Shown: positions 18,560-27,891, counted from the first letter of the stretch. The stretch is 64,000 nt of DNA from Ostreococcus lucimarinus (GCA_000092065.1 CP000593.1), one strand, 5' to 3'. Numbers and translations are program-made. The notes: generated by a model not told the origin, from the sequence alone.

Positions 18560-20635
18560 TCATTTCGTCAAAAATGTCATGTACGGATCCTTGCTCGCCT
18601 CGAGCACGTCCGGGCGTTGACTTTGCTTATAGGCCAAGCATCGCGAGATGAACGCCTTGCCTTCCAGCGAAATTGAGGGTCTGCTTGGGAATTCCACCTC
18701 CTTGGCGTTTCGAATCGTGCCCGCGTGCAAGATTTGCTCCTGTGACATGTCGTGGCCGAACGGTCGCTTGCCGTAAATCATTTGAAACAAGATGACACCG
18801 CACGACCACGTGTCAACCTTGCTCGAGATCTTCGGCGGCGCCGGACCGGTTTCGAAACACTCCGGGGGCAAGTACCAGTACGTTCCAGCGCCTTGCGACG
18901 TGAGCTCCATGCCACTGTCGGCGCCGAAACCGACGCTACGCTCTTCCATAATTTTACTCAAGCCGAAATCCGTAATCTTCACTCGCCCGGCTTCGTCAAA
19001 CAAAATATTTCCAGGTTTCAAGTCGTAATGGATGATGCGTTTCGGCCCCGTGCTCATGTACGCCAAGCCGTTGAAAACTTGAGCGAGAATGGCGCGCGCC
19101 TCGCGTTCGCTGATCGAGCCTTGCGCCTTCAATCGAGCGTCGAGGTCATCGCCCGTGCACAGCTCCAACACGGTGCAGAAACTATCGGAATCTACTTCGA
19201 AGACGTCGATCAAGCGCACGACGTGCGGGTGATCGAGCGATTTGTGAATGTCGCACTCTCGCGCGGCGTGACGGACATACGTGCGCTTGCGCTCTTCGCT
19301 CCACTGCGGGTTCAACTGATGCAGCTTACACGCGACTTCTCGCATTTCGACGCTGTCCCACGCCTTGTAAACTTCGCTGAAACCACCTCGTCCAAGTAGA
19401 TTCATCAACACGTAACGATCGCCGAGCACCGGGTGCTTGTTAAATCTCGAGCCGTCTTCGTCTCGCACGCGCTTGAGCGCGCGAATGTGCGCAGCTTTTT
19501 CGCGTTCAAGACTCTCACGCTCGGATTTCAGCGCTTCTTCTTCTTTTCGAATGATCGCCATGCGCGCTTTGTGTACTTCCTCGCTCAACACGTACTCGGC
19601 GTGCGCCGTCGTGTCCATCTCCGCGCTTCCCGGCGGCGGCAACTTCTTTTTGACTTGCTTGCGCTTTTCTTCGGCGAGCTTACGAGATTCCGTCAAGCGA
19701 TCCAGTCGATCATCCAGTTCATGGAACGCGCGTCCGTCTTCCCAGACTTCTTGCAACACCGATCCCACGCGCTGAACGCCGATGGTTCCCAAACGCAAGC
19801 CTTCCTCGGCGATTTGCATGCGCATTTGTTTGCGTTCCAACACCGCGAGGTTCACCGCGAGCTGATGCACGCCCCGCCGCCTCGCCTCGCTGGCTCGCTC
19901 GAATTCGCGCTTCAACTCATTATTCGACGCCCTCAACTCTTCGCAACCGCGTTCGTACTCCTCGCGCTCTTTTTCCGTCGCCGCCAACTTTTCCTCGAGC
20001 GCTCGAATCTTCGTCGCCGCCGCCTCGCGTTCGCCACCCGCCGTCCCTTTCCCGGGCGTCGTCATCGCTTCCACGAGCGGCGAGCTCGTCTTAAACCCTG
20101 ATCCAGTATTTTCAAACCGATCGAGCAGAGAGACGTTGGCCTCGGGCGTGCGCGCGCTCGCCGTCTTCCCCCCCGGATGTCGTCTCGACCGCGCCAACCC
20201 TCCGCTCGCCCCTCCCCGCTCCGGATTTTCATTCTCCAGATCGCTCGCCGTCGCCGACTCCCGCCGTCTCCGTTTCGTCGTCTTCTTCCCTCCGTTCCCG
20301 CTCGCCCCCGTGCCGACGCCCTCCGCTCGCACCGTCGACGCCTTCCCCTCCGACGCGTTCGCCCGCGCGTCCACCACGCCGTACGCGCGCGTCCCGCCTC
20401 CCTCGTCCTCGCTCGAATCGCTCGCGCTGTCCTCCATCGCGCACCGCTCCGCGCCCGCGCGCGCCCGCGCGCTTCTCCCCGTCTCCCGCGACGCGCTCGG
20501 CGGCGTCGCTCGCTCCGACGTCGTCAGCCGCCGCTCGAGCAGTTCGATCTTCGCGCGCGCCTCGCGCGACAGCTCGCGCGCGTGAAACATCTCCAGCGCC
20601 GCGCTCGCCTCCGTCGCGCGCGGCGTCGACGACAT
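18560..20635 (-). CDS. TLK: Tousled-like serine/threonine kinase (TLK)
   Basis: The kinase domain carries TLK-specific blocks: RYVLMNLLGRGGFSEVYKAWD, IIHYDLKPGNILF, ITDFGLSKIM, LTSQGAGTYWYLPPECF, KISSKVD.WS.GVI..Q...G..PFGH. Coiled-coil segments lie upstream. First ATG at 20635; the ORF-track start at 20749 is TTG. Confidence 0.88.
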   Translation of the reverse strand: MSSTPRATEASAALEMFHARELSREARAKIELLERRLTTSERATPPSASRETGRSARARAGAERCAMEDSASDSSEDEGGGTRAYGVVDARANASEGKASTVRAEGVGTGASGNGGKKTTKRRRRESATASDLENENPERGGASGGLARSRRHPGGKTASARTPEANVSLLDRFENTGSGFKTSSPLVEAMTTPGKGTAGGEREAAATKIRALEEKLAATEKEREEYERGCEELRASNNELKREFERASEARRRGVHQLAVNLAVLERKQMRMQIAEEGLRLGTIGVQRVGSVLQEVWEDGRAFHELDDRLDRLTESRKLAEEKRKQVKKKLPPPGSAEMDTTAHAEYVLSEEVHKARMAIIRKEEEALKSERESLEREKAAHIRALKRVRDEDGSRFNKHPVLGDRYVLMNLLGRGGFSEVYKAWDSVEMREVACKLHQLNPQWSEERKRTYVRHAARECDIHKSLDHPHVVRLIDVFEVDSDSFCTVLELCTGDDLDARLKAQGSISEREARAILAQVFNGLAYMSTGPKRIIHYDLKPGNILFDEAGRVKITDFGLSKIMEERSVGFGADSGMELTSQGAGTYWYLPPECFETGPAPPKISSKVDTWSCGVILFQMIYGKRPFGHDMSQEQILHAGTIRNAKEVEFPSRPSISLEGKAFISRCLAYKQSQRPDVLEASKDPYMTFLTK

Positions 20636-20760
20636 CGCGTCGAGTTCGACGAACGCGCCCGCGACGTCGCGCGCGTCTTCGTCGATCCGCGCGTCGCGAC
20701 GACGCGCGCGGGCGTCGCGCGATGGCGACGCGACGCGCGGCGATTTCAAATCCCGCGCGC

Positions 20761-20768
20761 GCGCGAAA
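20761..20768. promoter_or_regulatory. E2F-like site (TTTCGCGC on the minus strand)
   Basis: gcgcgaaa is an exact match to the canonical E2F octamer. It lies between the TLK and FKBP start codons. CG-rich octamers are frequent in this genome, so chance is a serious alternative. Confidence 0.2.
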
Positions 20769-21056
20769 ACGATCGATCGATCGATCGAGGTTTAAAACGG
20801 CGCGCGGTCGAAACGCGCGCGAGGGTCGACGCGCGCGAGAACGATCGATCGATCGCGCGGTCGATCGGTCGATCGATCGAGGTTTAAAACGGCGCGCGGT
20901 CGACGCGCGCGCGAGGGTCGACGCGCGCGAGAACGATCGATCGATCGCGCGGTCGATCGGTCGATCGATCGAGGTTTAAAACGGCGCGCGGTCGAACCGC
21001 GCGCGAGGGTCGACGCGCGCGAGAACGATCGATCGCGCGGTCGATCGGTCGCGCGG
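20766..21056. repeat. Tandem repeat, ~3 x 92 bp, CGATCG-rich with one TTTAAA island per unit, in the TLK/FKBP divergent promoter
   Basis: The ggtttaaaacggcgcgcggtcga anchors are at 20789, 20881 and 20973, giving an exact 92-bp period. Units are nearly identical and the third is partly degenerate. A (GCC)8 run follows at 21062-21086. Confidence 0.9.
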
Positions 21057-21130
21057 TCGGTCGCCGCCGCCGCCGCCGCCGCCGCGCGCGCGCGCCGACG
21101 CGCGACCGCGACGCGCGACCGACGCTCGAC

Positions 21131-22252
21131 ATGTTCTGGGGCGCGCGACTCGAGCCGGGGGTGTGGACGCCGTACGTCCCGCCGCCGGACGTCGACGTGC
21201 GGCTGCACGTGTCGCAGGCGACGGCGGCGAGCGACGCCCTCGAGGACGGCGCGCGCGTCGTGATCAAGATGCGATGCGAGACCGACGACGCGGTGCTGCG
21301 AGCGGCGGCGGGCGCGGACGATGACGACGATGACGATGATTCGTCGACGGACGATTCGTTCGAGCGGGAGGAGTACCGCGTGTGCGCGCTGATCGGTGGG
21401 CGAGTGGAGACGTGCGGGTTGGATTTGGTGCTGGACGAGTACGCGGAGTTCACGGTCGAGGGCGCGTGCGGGGCGCACTTGACGGGGTATTACATGCCGG
21501 AGTACGGCGAGGGGGATGAGTTGGACGAGGACGACGTGTACGGCGACGAGGGGGACTCGGATTCGGACGAGGAGGAGGAGATGATGACGACGGGCGACGA
21601 CGACGAGTCCGACTCGGAAGACGACGACTCCGAAGACGACGACTCCGAAGACGACGACTCCGAAGACGACGACTCCGAAGACGACGACTCCGAAGACGAC
21701 GACTCCGAGTCCGAGTCCGAGTCCGAGTCCGAGCCCGAAGGCGTCACTCGTAAGGGTGGTGTGAAGATCGTCGAGATGACCGAAGACGAGTCGGCGCGCT
21801 CGGCGAAGAAGCGCGAGGCGGAAACCAAGCCCGCGAAGACCCCCGAACCGAAGAAGCGAGCAGTGGGGGCGAAACCGGAATCTGCGTCGAAGAAACCGGA
21901 GACACCCAAGCGCGTGCACAAGAATGGCATGGAAATCATCAACACCTTTGCCACGAAGAACACCAGCGCGAAAGTCGCCGCCGGCGGCAAAAAAGTGGCG
22001 ATGAAGTACATCGGAAAGCTCCCGAGCGGTAAGATTTTCGATCAAACCAAAGGCAGCGCTACTTTTAAGTTCCGCTTGGGGGTGGGCGAAGTCATCAAGG
22101 GCTGGGACGTCGGCGTCGAGGGCATGCGCGAGGGCGACAAGCGCACGCTCATCATTCCCAGCGCCATGGGTTACGGTAAAAAAGGCATCAAGGGCGTCAT
22201 CCCCGGCGGATCCGCGCTGCACTTCGACGTCGAGCTCGTCAAGGTTTTCTAA
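21131..22252 (+). CDS. Nuclear FKBP-type peptidyl-prolyl isomerase with a nucleoplasmin-like N-domain and an acidic tract (FKBP53/Fpr3/4-like histone chaperone)
   Basis: ATG at 21131. The C-terminal FKBP domain reads KYIGKLPSGKIFDQT....FKFRLGVGEVIKGWDVGVEGMREGDKRTLIIPSAMGYGKKG....IPGGSALHFDVELVKV. The N-terminal beta-rich domain plus long D/E/S tracts is typical of nucleolar FKBPs. Confidence 0.85.
   Translation: MFWGARLEPGVWTPYVPPPDVDVRLHVSQATAASDALEDGARVVIKMRCETDDAVLRAAAGADDDDDDDDSSTDDSFEREEYRVCALIGGRVETCGLDLVLDEYAEFTVEGACGAHLTGYYMPEYGEGDELDEDDVYGDEGDSDSDEEEEMMTTGDDDESDSEDDDSEDDDSEDDDSEDDDSEDDDSEDDDSESESESESEPEGVTRKGGVKIVEMTEDESARSAKKREAETKPAKTPEPKKRAVGAKPESASKKPETPKRVHKNGMEIINTFATKNTSAKVAAGGKKVAMKYIGKLPSGKIFDQTKGSATFKFRLGVGEVIKGWDVGVEGMREGDKRTLIIPSAMGYGKKGIKGVIPGGSALHFDVELVKVF
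21611..21733 (+). repeat. In-frame coding microsatellites in the FKBP gene: 6 x 15 bp (gactccgaagacgac = DSEDD) followed by (tccgag)n
   Basis: Units start at 21611 (variant), 21626, 21641, 21656, 21671 and 21686. The SE-dipeptide hexamer run follows from about 21704. Confidence 0.9.
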
Positions 22253-22424
22253 ACCGACGCACCGAGCGCCCTCTCGCGCCGTCGTCGACCGTCCACGCGC
22301 GTTCGAAGTAATAATTTGAAGATACGACGCCGCTATTCGCAGTATTTGCTTACGCGCTTTGATTTTGATTTACACGCGCCGCGCGCGACCGCGCGCGCGC
22401 TTCGACGCTATTCTTTCGCCATCT

Positions 22425-22787
22425 CTACCCCTCTCCCATCCCATCGTCGTCCACGACGAACACGCCCCCCCCGCGCTTCCCGCGCCGCTCGCGTCGTTTC
22501 CCGTCGTCGTCGCCCGCCATCCCTCGCGCCTGCGCGCGCGCGATGACCCCGTCCAGCCTCGCGCCGCCGACGCACAGCCCCAGCAGCGCGGCGCCGACGA
22601 CGAATCCCGCGATTTCGTTCGCCGGCGGCAGCGCCGACGCGCGCGCGCGCGCCGCGCGTCGACGATTCGCATCCGTCGCGCGTCCGTCGCGCGCGGCGAC
22701 CGGCGGCGCGACGCCGCGCGACGCCGCGCGCGCGCCGGTCGCGGCGACGCGGACGCGCGGCGCGCGCGACGGACGCGGCGCCCACAT
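22425..22787 (-). CDS. Candidate small single-pass membrane protein (120 aa), unknown
   Basis: The ATG at 22787 is in frame with the tail of a long antisense ORF. The product is MWAPRPSRAPRVRVAATGARAASRGV... (transit-peptide-like), then one hydrophobic helix (EIAGFVVGAALLGLCVGGA), then a charged tail. It would split an otherwise unusually long 697-bp intergenic region into typical ~170-bp gaps. No family was recognised. Confidence 0.3.
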   Translation of the reverse strand: MWAPRPSRAPRVRVAATGARAASRGVAPPVAARDGRATDANRRRAARARASALPPANEIAGFVVGAALLGLCVGGARLDGVIARAQARGMAGDDDGKRRERRGKRGGGVFVVDDDGMGEG

Positions 22788-22949
22788 CGCCGCGGCGCGC
22801 GCGTCGTCGCGCGCGTCGCGATGTCGGGACGACGTCGACGACGGATGAAACGGCGGCGCGCGCGCGACGCGACGCGCCGCACACGCCGACGCGCGCGAAC
22901 GACGGCGACGCGAAGCGAAGGGACGGGAAATTAGGATCGAACGGCGCGC

Positions 22950-24161
22950 ATGCCGGGCTCGGACGCGGCGCGACGCGACGGCGCGGACGACGGCGCGGAC
23001 GTCGATCCTGATTTTGAAAAATCGGTCGACGGCGCGCAGGTCATGGCGGCGCTGCAGCAGCTGCACGGGAACAGCGGCCTGATCGGGGCGCTGCAGCAAA
23101 AGCTCGATGGATTGGTCGGGCTGCGATCGGGATTCCTCGAGGAGCTGCACCCGAGGGTGCGAGCGCGGGTGAAGGCGCTGGAGAAGCTGCAGGAGGCGCA
23201 CGACGGCGTCCACGAGGCGTATCTCGAAGAGAAAAAGGCGCTGGAGGCGAAATACGCGGCGCTGTACGCGCCGATGTATAAGGCGAGAAGTGAAATCGTG
23301 ACGGGGGCGAAGGAAGCGGCGGTGCCGGACGATGATGAAGAGCTGAAGGCGGAGATCGAAGCGGCGGCGAAGGACGCCGTCGAGGCGCCGAAGGGGGTGC
23401 CAGAGTTTTGGATGATTGCGCTCAAGAATAACGAGGAGCTGGCGCAGATGATCACCGAACGCGATGAGGGGGCGTTGAAGCACTTGATCGATATCACCAC
23501 GTCCGCGCTCGAGGGCGAAGACGAAGACGGCGACGAGCTGTGCGGCTTCAAGATCGACTTTCACTTTGAAGAAAATGAGTACTTTGAAGATTCCGTGTTG
23601 ACGAAGACGTATCACATGGACGACGAGGAAGACAATCTCTTGCGATACATTGAGTCGAGTGAAATCAACTGGAAATCGGGTAAGAACTTGACGGTGAAGG
23701 TTTTGCGAAAGAAGCCGAAACCAGGGGCGAAGAACAAAAAGCCCATCACGAAGACGGAACCGGCGGAAAGCTTTTTCCAATTCTTCTACCCGCCCGAAGT
23801 CCCGGACGAAGAAGAGCAACAAAACATGTCCGAAGATGACGCCGAACAGTTGCAAGACGCGATGGAGCAAGATTACGAGCTCGGCATGATGATCGCGAAC
23901 AACTTGATTCCAGACGCCGTCAACTGGTTCACCGGCGACGCATTCGCCGACGACGAAGAAGATGAATTCGACGAAGACGACGATGAAGACGAATTCGACG
24001 ACGAGGACGATGAGGACGACGAGGACGACGAGGACGACGAAGATGAAGACGAGGACGAGGAAGAAGAGTTCGTCGGCGGTAAGAAGTCTTTCGCGGCGCC
24101 GCCGGCGATGGGCGGCGCGGCGAAGGAGGGCGAACAACCGCCCGAGTGCAAGCAGCAATGA
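22950..24161 (+). CDS. NAP1: Nucleosome assembly protein 1 (NAP1) with C-terminal CaaX
   Basis: ATG at 22950. NAP family blocks are present: RVRARVKALEKLQEAHD....Y.EEKKALEAKY..LY.P.Y..R..IV.G, GVPEFW..ALKNN, FKIDFHF..NEYFE...LTKTY, WFTG.A. An acidic tail follows, ending in CKQQ, the same farnesylation box found in plant NAP1 proteins. Confidence 0.9.
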   Translation: MPGSDAARRDGADDGADVDPDFEKSVDGAQVMAALQQLHGNSGLIGALQQKLDGLVGLRSGFLEELHPRVRARVKALEKLQEAHDGVHEAYLEEKKALEAKYAALYAPMYKARSEIVTGAKEAAVPDDDEELKAEIEAAAKDAVEAPKGVPEFWMIALKNNEELAQMITERDEGALKHLIDITTSALEGEDEDGDELCGFKIDFHFEENEYFEDSVLTKTYHMDDEEDNLLRYIESSEINWKSGKNLTVKVLRKKPKPGAKNKKPITKTEPAESFFQFFYPPEVPDEEEQQNMSEDDAEQLQDAMEQDYELGMMIANNLIPDAVNWFTGDAFADDEEDEFDEDDDEDEFDDEDDEDDEDDEDDEDEDEDEEEEFVGGKKSFAAPPAMGGAAKEGEQPPECKQQ

Positions 24162-24228
24162 ACGCGAAATCCGTACTTTTCTAACGCTCGGATTATCATC
24201 TAGTTGTTGCTAAGACACATTACCCATT

Positions 24229-26430
24229 TTAAAATCCACGAAACTCATCTCCTTGCGAACGATGCGCGGGCGCGCCGCACTCGGCTCTTTCGCGTTCGCC
24301 TCGGCGCTCGAGCGCCTTGATGATCTCGCGCGATTTGTGCCTAGACACAGAATTTTCAGTAAAATCGAGCTCGCGGCGCGCAGGCACGTGCGGTGGTGCG
24401 AGGCGACGCATGGTGACGTCGGCCCAATCGACCGTGAAGAAATTGTGACTCTTCAAATCCCAAACGCCGCGCGCGCTCGATCCCAGTCTTCGCGACACGT
24501 CCACGACGCATAGACGAGAAATGAGGGATTTTGCGGTGAGAGGAAAGTATGCGGTACTAAATTTTAGATCGGAAGTGACGATGCGACGGTGACGAGCGCC
24601 GTCGTTCGCGCTCGCGAATGGGGCGTAACCGACAAGCATTTCGTACAAGAGCACGCCAAATGACCAATAATCGGCGAGCTGATCGTATCCTTGCGCGAGC
24701 ATGACCTCTGGAGCCATGTAATCCGCGGTGCCACATGTCGTGTACGCGCGTTCGCCTCGTAATAATCGGCGACAAAAGCCAAAGTCAGTGAGCTTGATGT
24801 GCCCGTCGGCGTCGATGAGGACGTTTTCGGGCTTCAAATCGCGGTACACGTACTCGTTCGCATGAATGTACTCGAGCGCCACGAGGACTTCGGCAGCATA
24901 AAATTGAGCGATATCGACGGGGAATTGTCCACCTCTGAATGGTCCGCTCACCAAGAGCTGGAACAAATCGCCGCCGGGAAGATAATCCATGAGCAAGTAC
25001 AACGCGCGAGCGTCTTGAAACGCGCCCAAGGCGCGCGTCAGGAACGGCGAATCGAATCGTTTCATGAGCTCGAGCTCACGTGAGACGTTTTTTTCTTGAT
25101 CTAAATGCGCGACTTTCCATTTGTGCATGACTTTGACGCAGCACGTTGTGAGTGTGCTCAACGTCTTTGCGACGAAGACGGCGCCGAGCATGCCTCCACC
25201 AATTTCCTTGACGAAAACAACGTCTTTGCTCGAGCGCACGCAAATTTCGGGCGCGACGTCGATCGATGCCATCGCATGAATATTGTGCGGTGAATCAATT
25301 GCTTCTGTTCGGCGTGCGATATTTCGCCGATCGAAAGAAAGCCATCGAAATCGTGACGTTACCGCCCCTCGCAACGCAGCGAACGATCCCGCTCGACGCG
25401 TCAATCTTCGCTTCGATTTCTTTTCCACCTTATTCGACGCGTACGAGTAGGAGTCTATCTTTTTTGCCATCATGTCGATTATTTCCTCTCCAATCATTCG
25501 ATGGAATGACTCAGCATCGAGCGTCAACGCGCTAACTTGACCGACGGCGACCACCGTCGCCGTAGGCGATGTCTTATGAATTAGGCTCACCTCGCCAAAG
25601 TAATCCCCTCGCTTCAACCTATTCACCTCGAACGATTCGCCATCTTCCACGTGAACGACCGATTCGCCTTTGACGATGACGTAAAACTTTGAGGAGGTTT
25701 CATCGTAAGAATCATCTGGGCTGACGATGACGGCGCCACTCTCAAATGTCGTCATGCGAAGCGCGTCGACCAACATTGACGTCGTTCGCGCGTCGAGCGA
25801 GTCGCGAAACACGGCGACAGATTCTAGATAACCCATGTACTCGCAACGTCGCTCGAAAGTCGTACGTTTGAGCGTCTCGTGAAACGTCGCCCGATCGAGC
25901 ACCCAGAGTTTGATGACTGGCGACGCCGCGACGACGGTCGCGGTGCGCGGGCACTTTCGCACCAACGCCACCTCCCCGAAAGTTTCGCCCGGATACAACA
26001 ACTTAGAACTATCTTTGAGTGGCGTTACTCTCGCCTCGCCGTCGCACGACGACGGACTTTCCGGCGCGATTTGTTCTCGCCGCGACGCCACGACTCGACG
26101 ACTGCCATCCTTCGCCGAGACGTCTTCGTCCTCCATCGATCCCACGTCGACGGTATCCGCGACGTCACCCTCGTCGTCGCGCGCGTCCACTCGCACGCAT
26201 CCCTGCGCGATTACGTAAAAATTCGCCCCAACCTCGCCCTTACGCACGATCACCTCGCCTCGTTCGAACTCGCACTCGACCATGCGCGCGCACAGCGCCG
26301 CGCGATCGTCCCTTCGAAGCTCTCTGAACAGCGCCACACCGTTCAGCGCCTCGCCCGCGCGCGCCGGTTCGCTCACCCTCCTCGCGCGCGCGCGCGTGCG
26401 CGCCTCCTCGTCCGCCTCTCGCGCCGTCAT
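24229..26430 (-). CDS. Cyclic-nucleotide-dependent protein kinase (PKG/PKA-fusion type): tandem cNMP-binding domains plus an AGC kinase domain
   Basis: ATG at 26430. cNMP-binding signatures: GEVIVRKGEVGANFYVIAQG, YPGETFGEVALVRKCPRTATVVA, GDYFGEVSLIHKTSPTATVVA. Kinase blocks: YVYRDLKPENVLID, IKLTDFGF, GTADYMAPEV, DYWSFGVLLYEMLVGYAPF. Confidence 0.85.
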   Translation of the reverse strand: MTAREADEEARTRARARRVSEPARAGEALNGVALFRELRRDDRAALCARMVECEFERGEVIVRKGEVGANFYVIAQGCVRVDARDDEGDVADTVDVGSMEDEDVSAKDGSRRVVASRREQIAPESPSSCDGEARVTPLKDSSKLLYPGETFGEVALVRKCPRTATVVAASPVIKLWVLDRATFHETLKRTTFERRCEYMGYLESVAVFRDSLDARTTSMLVDALRMTTFESGAVIVSPDDSYDETSSKFYVIVKGESVVHVEDGESFEVNRLKRGDYFGEVSLIHKTSPTATVVAVGQVSALTLDAESFHRMIGEEIIDMMAKKIDSYSYASNKVEKKSKRRLTRRAGSFAALRGAVTSRFRWLSFDRRNIARRTEAIDSPHNIHAMASIDVAPEICVRSSKDVVFVKEIGGGMLGAVFVAKTLSTLTTCCVKVMHKWKVAHLDQEKNVSRELELMKRFDSPFLTRALGAFQDARALYLLMDYLPGGDLFQLLVSGPFRGGQFPVDIAQFYAAEVLVALEYIHANEYVYRDLKPENVLIDADGHIKLTDFGFCRRLLRGERAYTTCGTADYMAPEVMLAQGYDQLADYWSFGVLLYEMLVGYAPFASANDGARHRRIVTSDLKFSTAYFPLTAKSLISRLCVVDVSRRLGSSARGVWDLKSHNFFTVDWADVTMRRLAPPHVPARRELDFTENSVSRHKSREIIKALERRGERERAECGAPAHRSQGDEFRGF

Positions 26431-26773
26431 CGCCCGTCCCGCGTCTCCCGCGCGTCGCGTCCCGCGCCGCGACGCGAACCGTCGTCCCGCGCCGTCCCGC
26501 GTCTCCCGCGCGTCGCGTCGTCCGCGCCGTCGACGCGACCGCGCGCCGGCCGCCGCCGCGCGACGCGACGCGACGCGACGCGTCTCGCTCGCGCGTCGCG
26601 CACTGCGCGCGCGCTTTATTTAGCCCGACGACGACGACCGCGCGCGCGCGCGCTAACATCGCCGCCCGACGACGCGAATCGACGCTTCAAATCCCGTCCT
26701 CGATTGCGCACGATGCGCGGCCGACGCGCGACGACGCGCCGCGCGCGCGGCACTCGACGACGACGCGCGCGCG

Positions 26774-27807
26774 ATGAGCGATTTCGCCGGCGCGACGCAG
26801 TACGCGGGGAGCCACGGGTACATGCCGCAGTGCGTCGCGACGCGACGCGACGGCGCGACGACGACGCGACGCGACCGAACGCGCGCGCGATCGAGGACGA
26901 GCTGTTGATTTTGAAATTTTGAAATTCTCGGCACTCGAACGATGATCTCGACGCGCGCGCGCGAGCGGACGCGGGAGAGGACGAGGAGGGACGGGAGAGG
27001 GAAGCGCGCGCGGACGATCGTGGACGGGTGACTGACGATGGGACGCGAACGGCGTCGATGACGCGACGTAGACCGCAGGATGGATCGAGCGAAGGGAAGA
27101 CGTACGCGAACGTGAGCGCGCCGCCGACGATGAAACCGTTGACGGTTAAGATGCTGAAGCGAGCGATCGACGCGCGACAGACGCCGGATGAAACGCTCGT
27201 GGTGAATGGGGTGCCGGTTCATAACCTGACCGTCGTCGGTAAGATTGTGGGCGTCGAGAGTAAGAGCTCGTACGTTTTGTACAAGGTGGACGATTCCACC
27301 GGGGTGTGCGACGTCAAGGTGTGGAGTGACCAAGACGGCGATCAGACGGCCGAGCCGATCGAGGTTGGCGCGTACGTTCGTGTGTATGGCTCGGTGAAGA
27401 CTTTGGCCAACGAACACATGATTGCCGCGCACACTCAGCAGGCGGTGCGTAAGATTACCGACCACAACGAGGTGACGTTTCACATGTTGGAAGTCGTGTA
27501 CGCGAGCGGCCACGCCGAAAAGACCAAGGTCTCGGGCGGTGCCGCGCCGGCGAACGCTTACACCGTGCCGCAACAAGCGCCGAACGTCGCCGCGAATGGT
27601 GATTTGGGCTCCGAGGAAATCGACGTTTCAATTATGGGCGTGCTGAAGCAGTTCGCCGAGGGCGAGCAAGGGATGACCGTTGATGAAATCGCGTCGAAGC
27701 AAAACGGCAAGTTTACTCGCGATGCCATCAAAGCTGCGCTCGAAGAAATGTCGAACGGTGGTGAGGTGTTCACGACTATCGACGAAGACCACTACGCCGC
27801 TGTGTAA
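26774..27807 (+). CDS. RPA2: Replication protein A 32-kDa subunit (RPA2), 2 exons: 26774..26829 and 27072..27807
   Basis: An OB-fold (LVVNGVPVHNLTVVGKIVGVESKSSYVLYKVDDSTGVCDVKVW) and a C-terminal winged helix (GMTVDEIASK...EMSNGGEVFTTIDEDHY) are present. The ORF-track start at 27028 is GTG. Exon 1 encodes MSDFAGATQYAGSHGYMPQ, a typical RPA2 N-terminus (compare GGFMPSQ in plants), and joins in phase 2. Confidence 0.85.
26830..27071 (+). other. Predicted RPA2 intron (242 nt)
   Basis: Donor CA|GTGCGT at 26830, ACTGAC at 27031-27036, acceptor TAG ending at 27071. Only this acceptor keeps the frame; the nearby CAG at 27078 does not. Confidence 0.7.
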
Positions 27808-27891
27808 GACGCGACGAGAGACGCATCGGAAACGTTTTTTTGAGACAATGTGATGAACAAATGTTGATTTTACTAACAATCCCCACACTTC

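Noticed and set aside
27020-27078. Alternative 59-nt intron for RPA2 (donor ATC|GTGGAC, acceptor CAG at 27078) with a first exon starting at ATG 26942.
   Set aside because: It is in frame, but it would encode an Arg-rich junk leader (MISTRARERTRERTRRDGRGKRARTI) and use a non-consensus donor. The 26774 exon gives a conserved RPA32 N-terminus with a GTGCGT donor.
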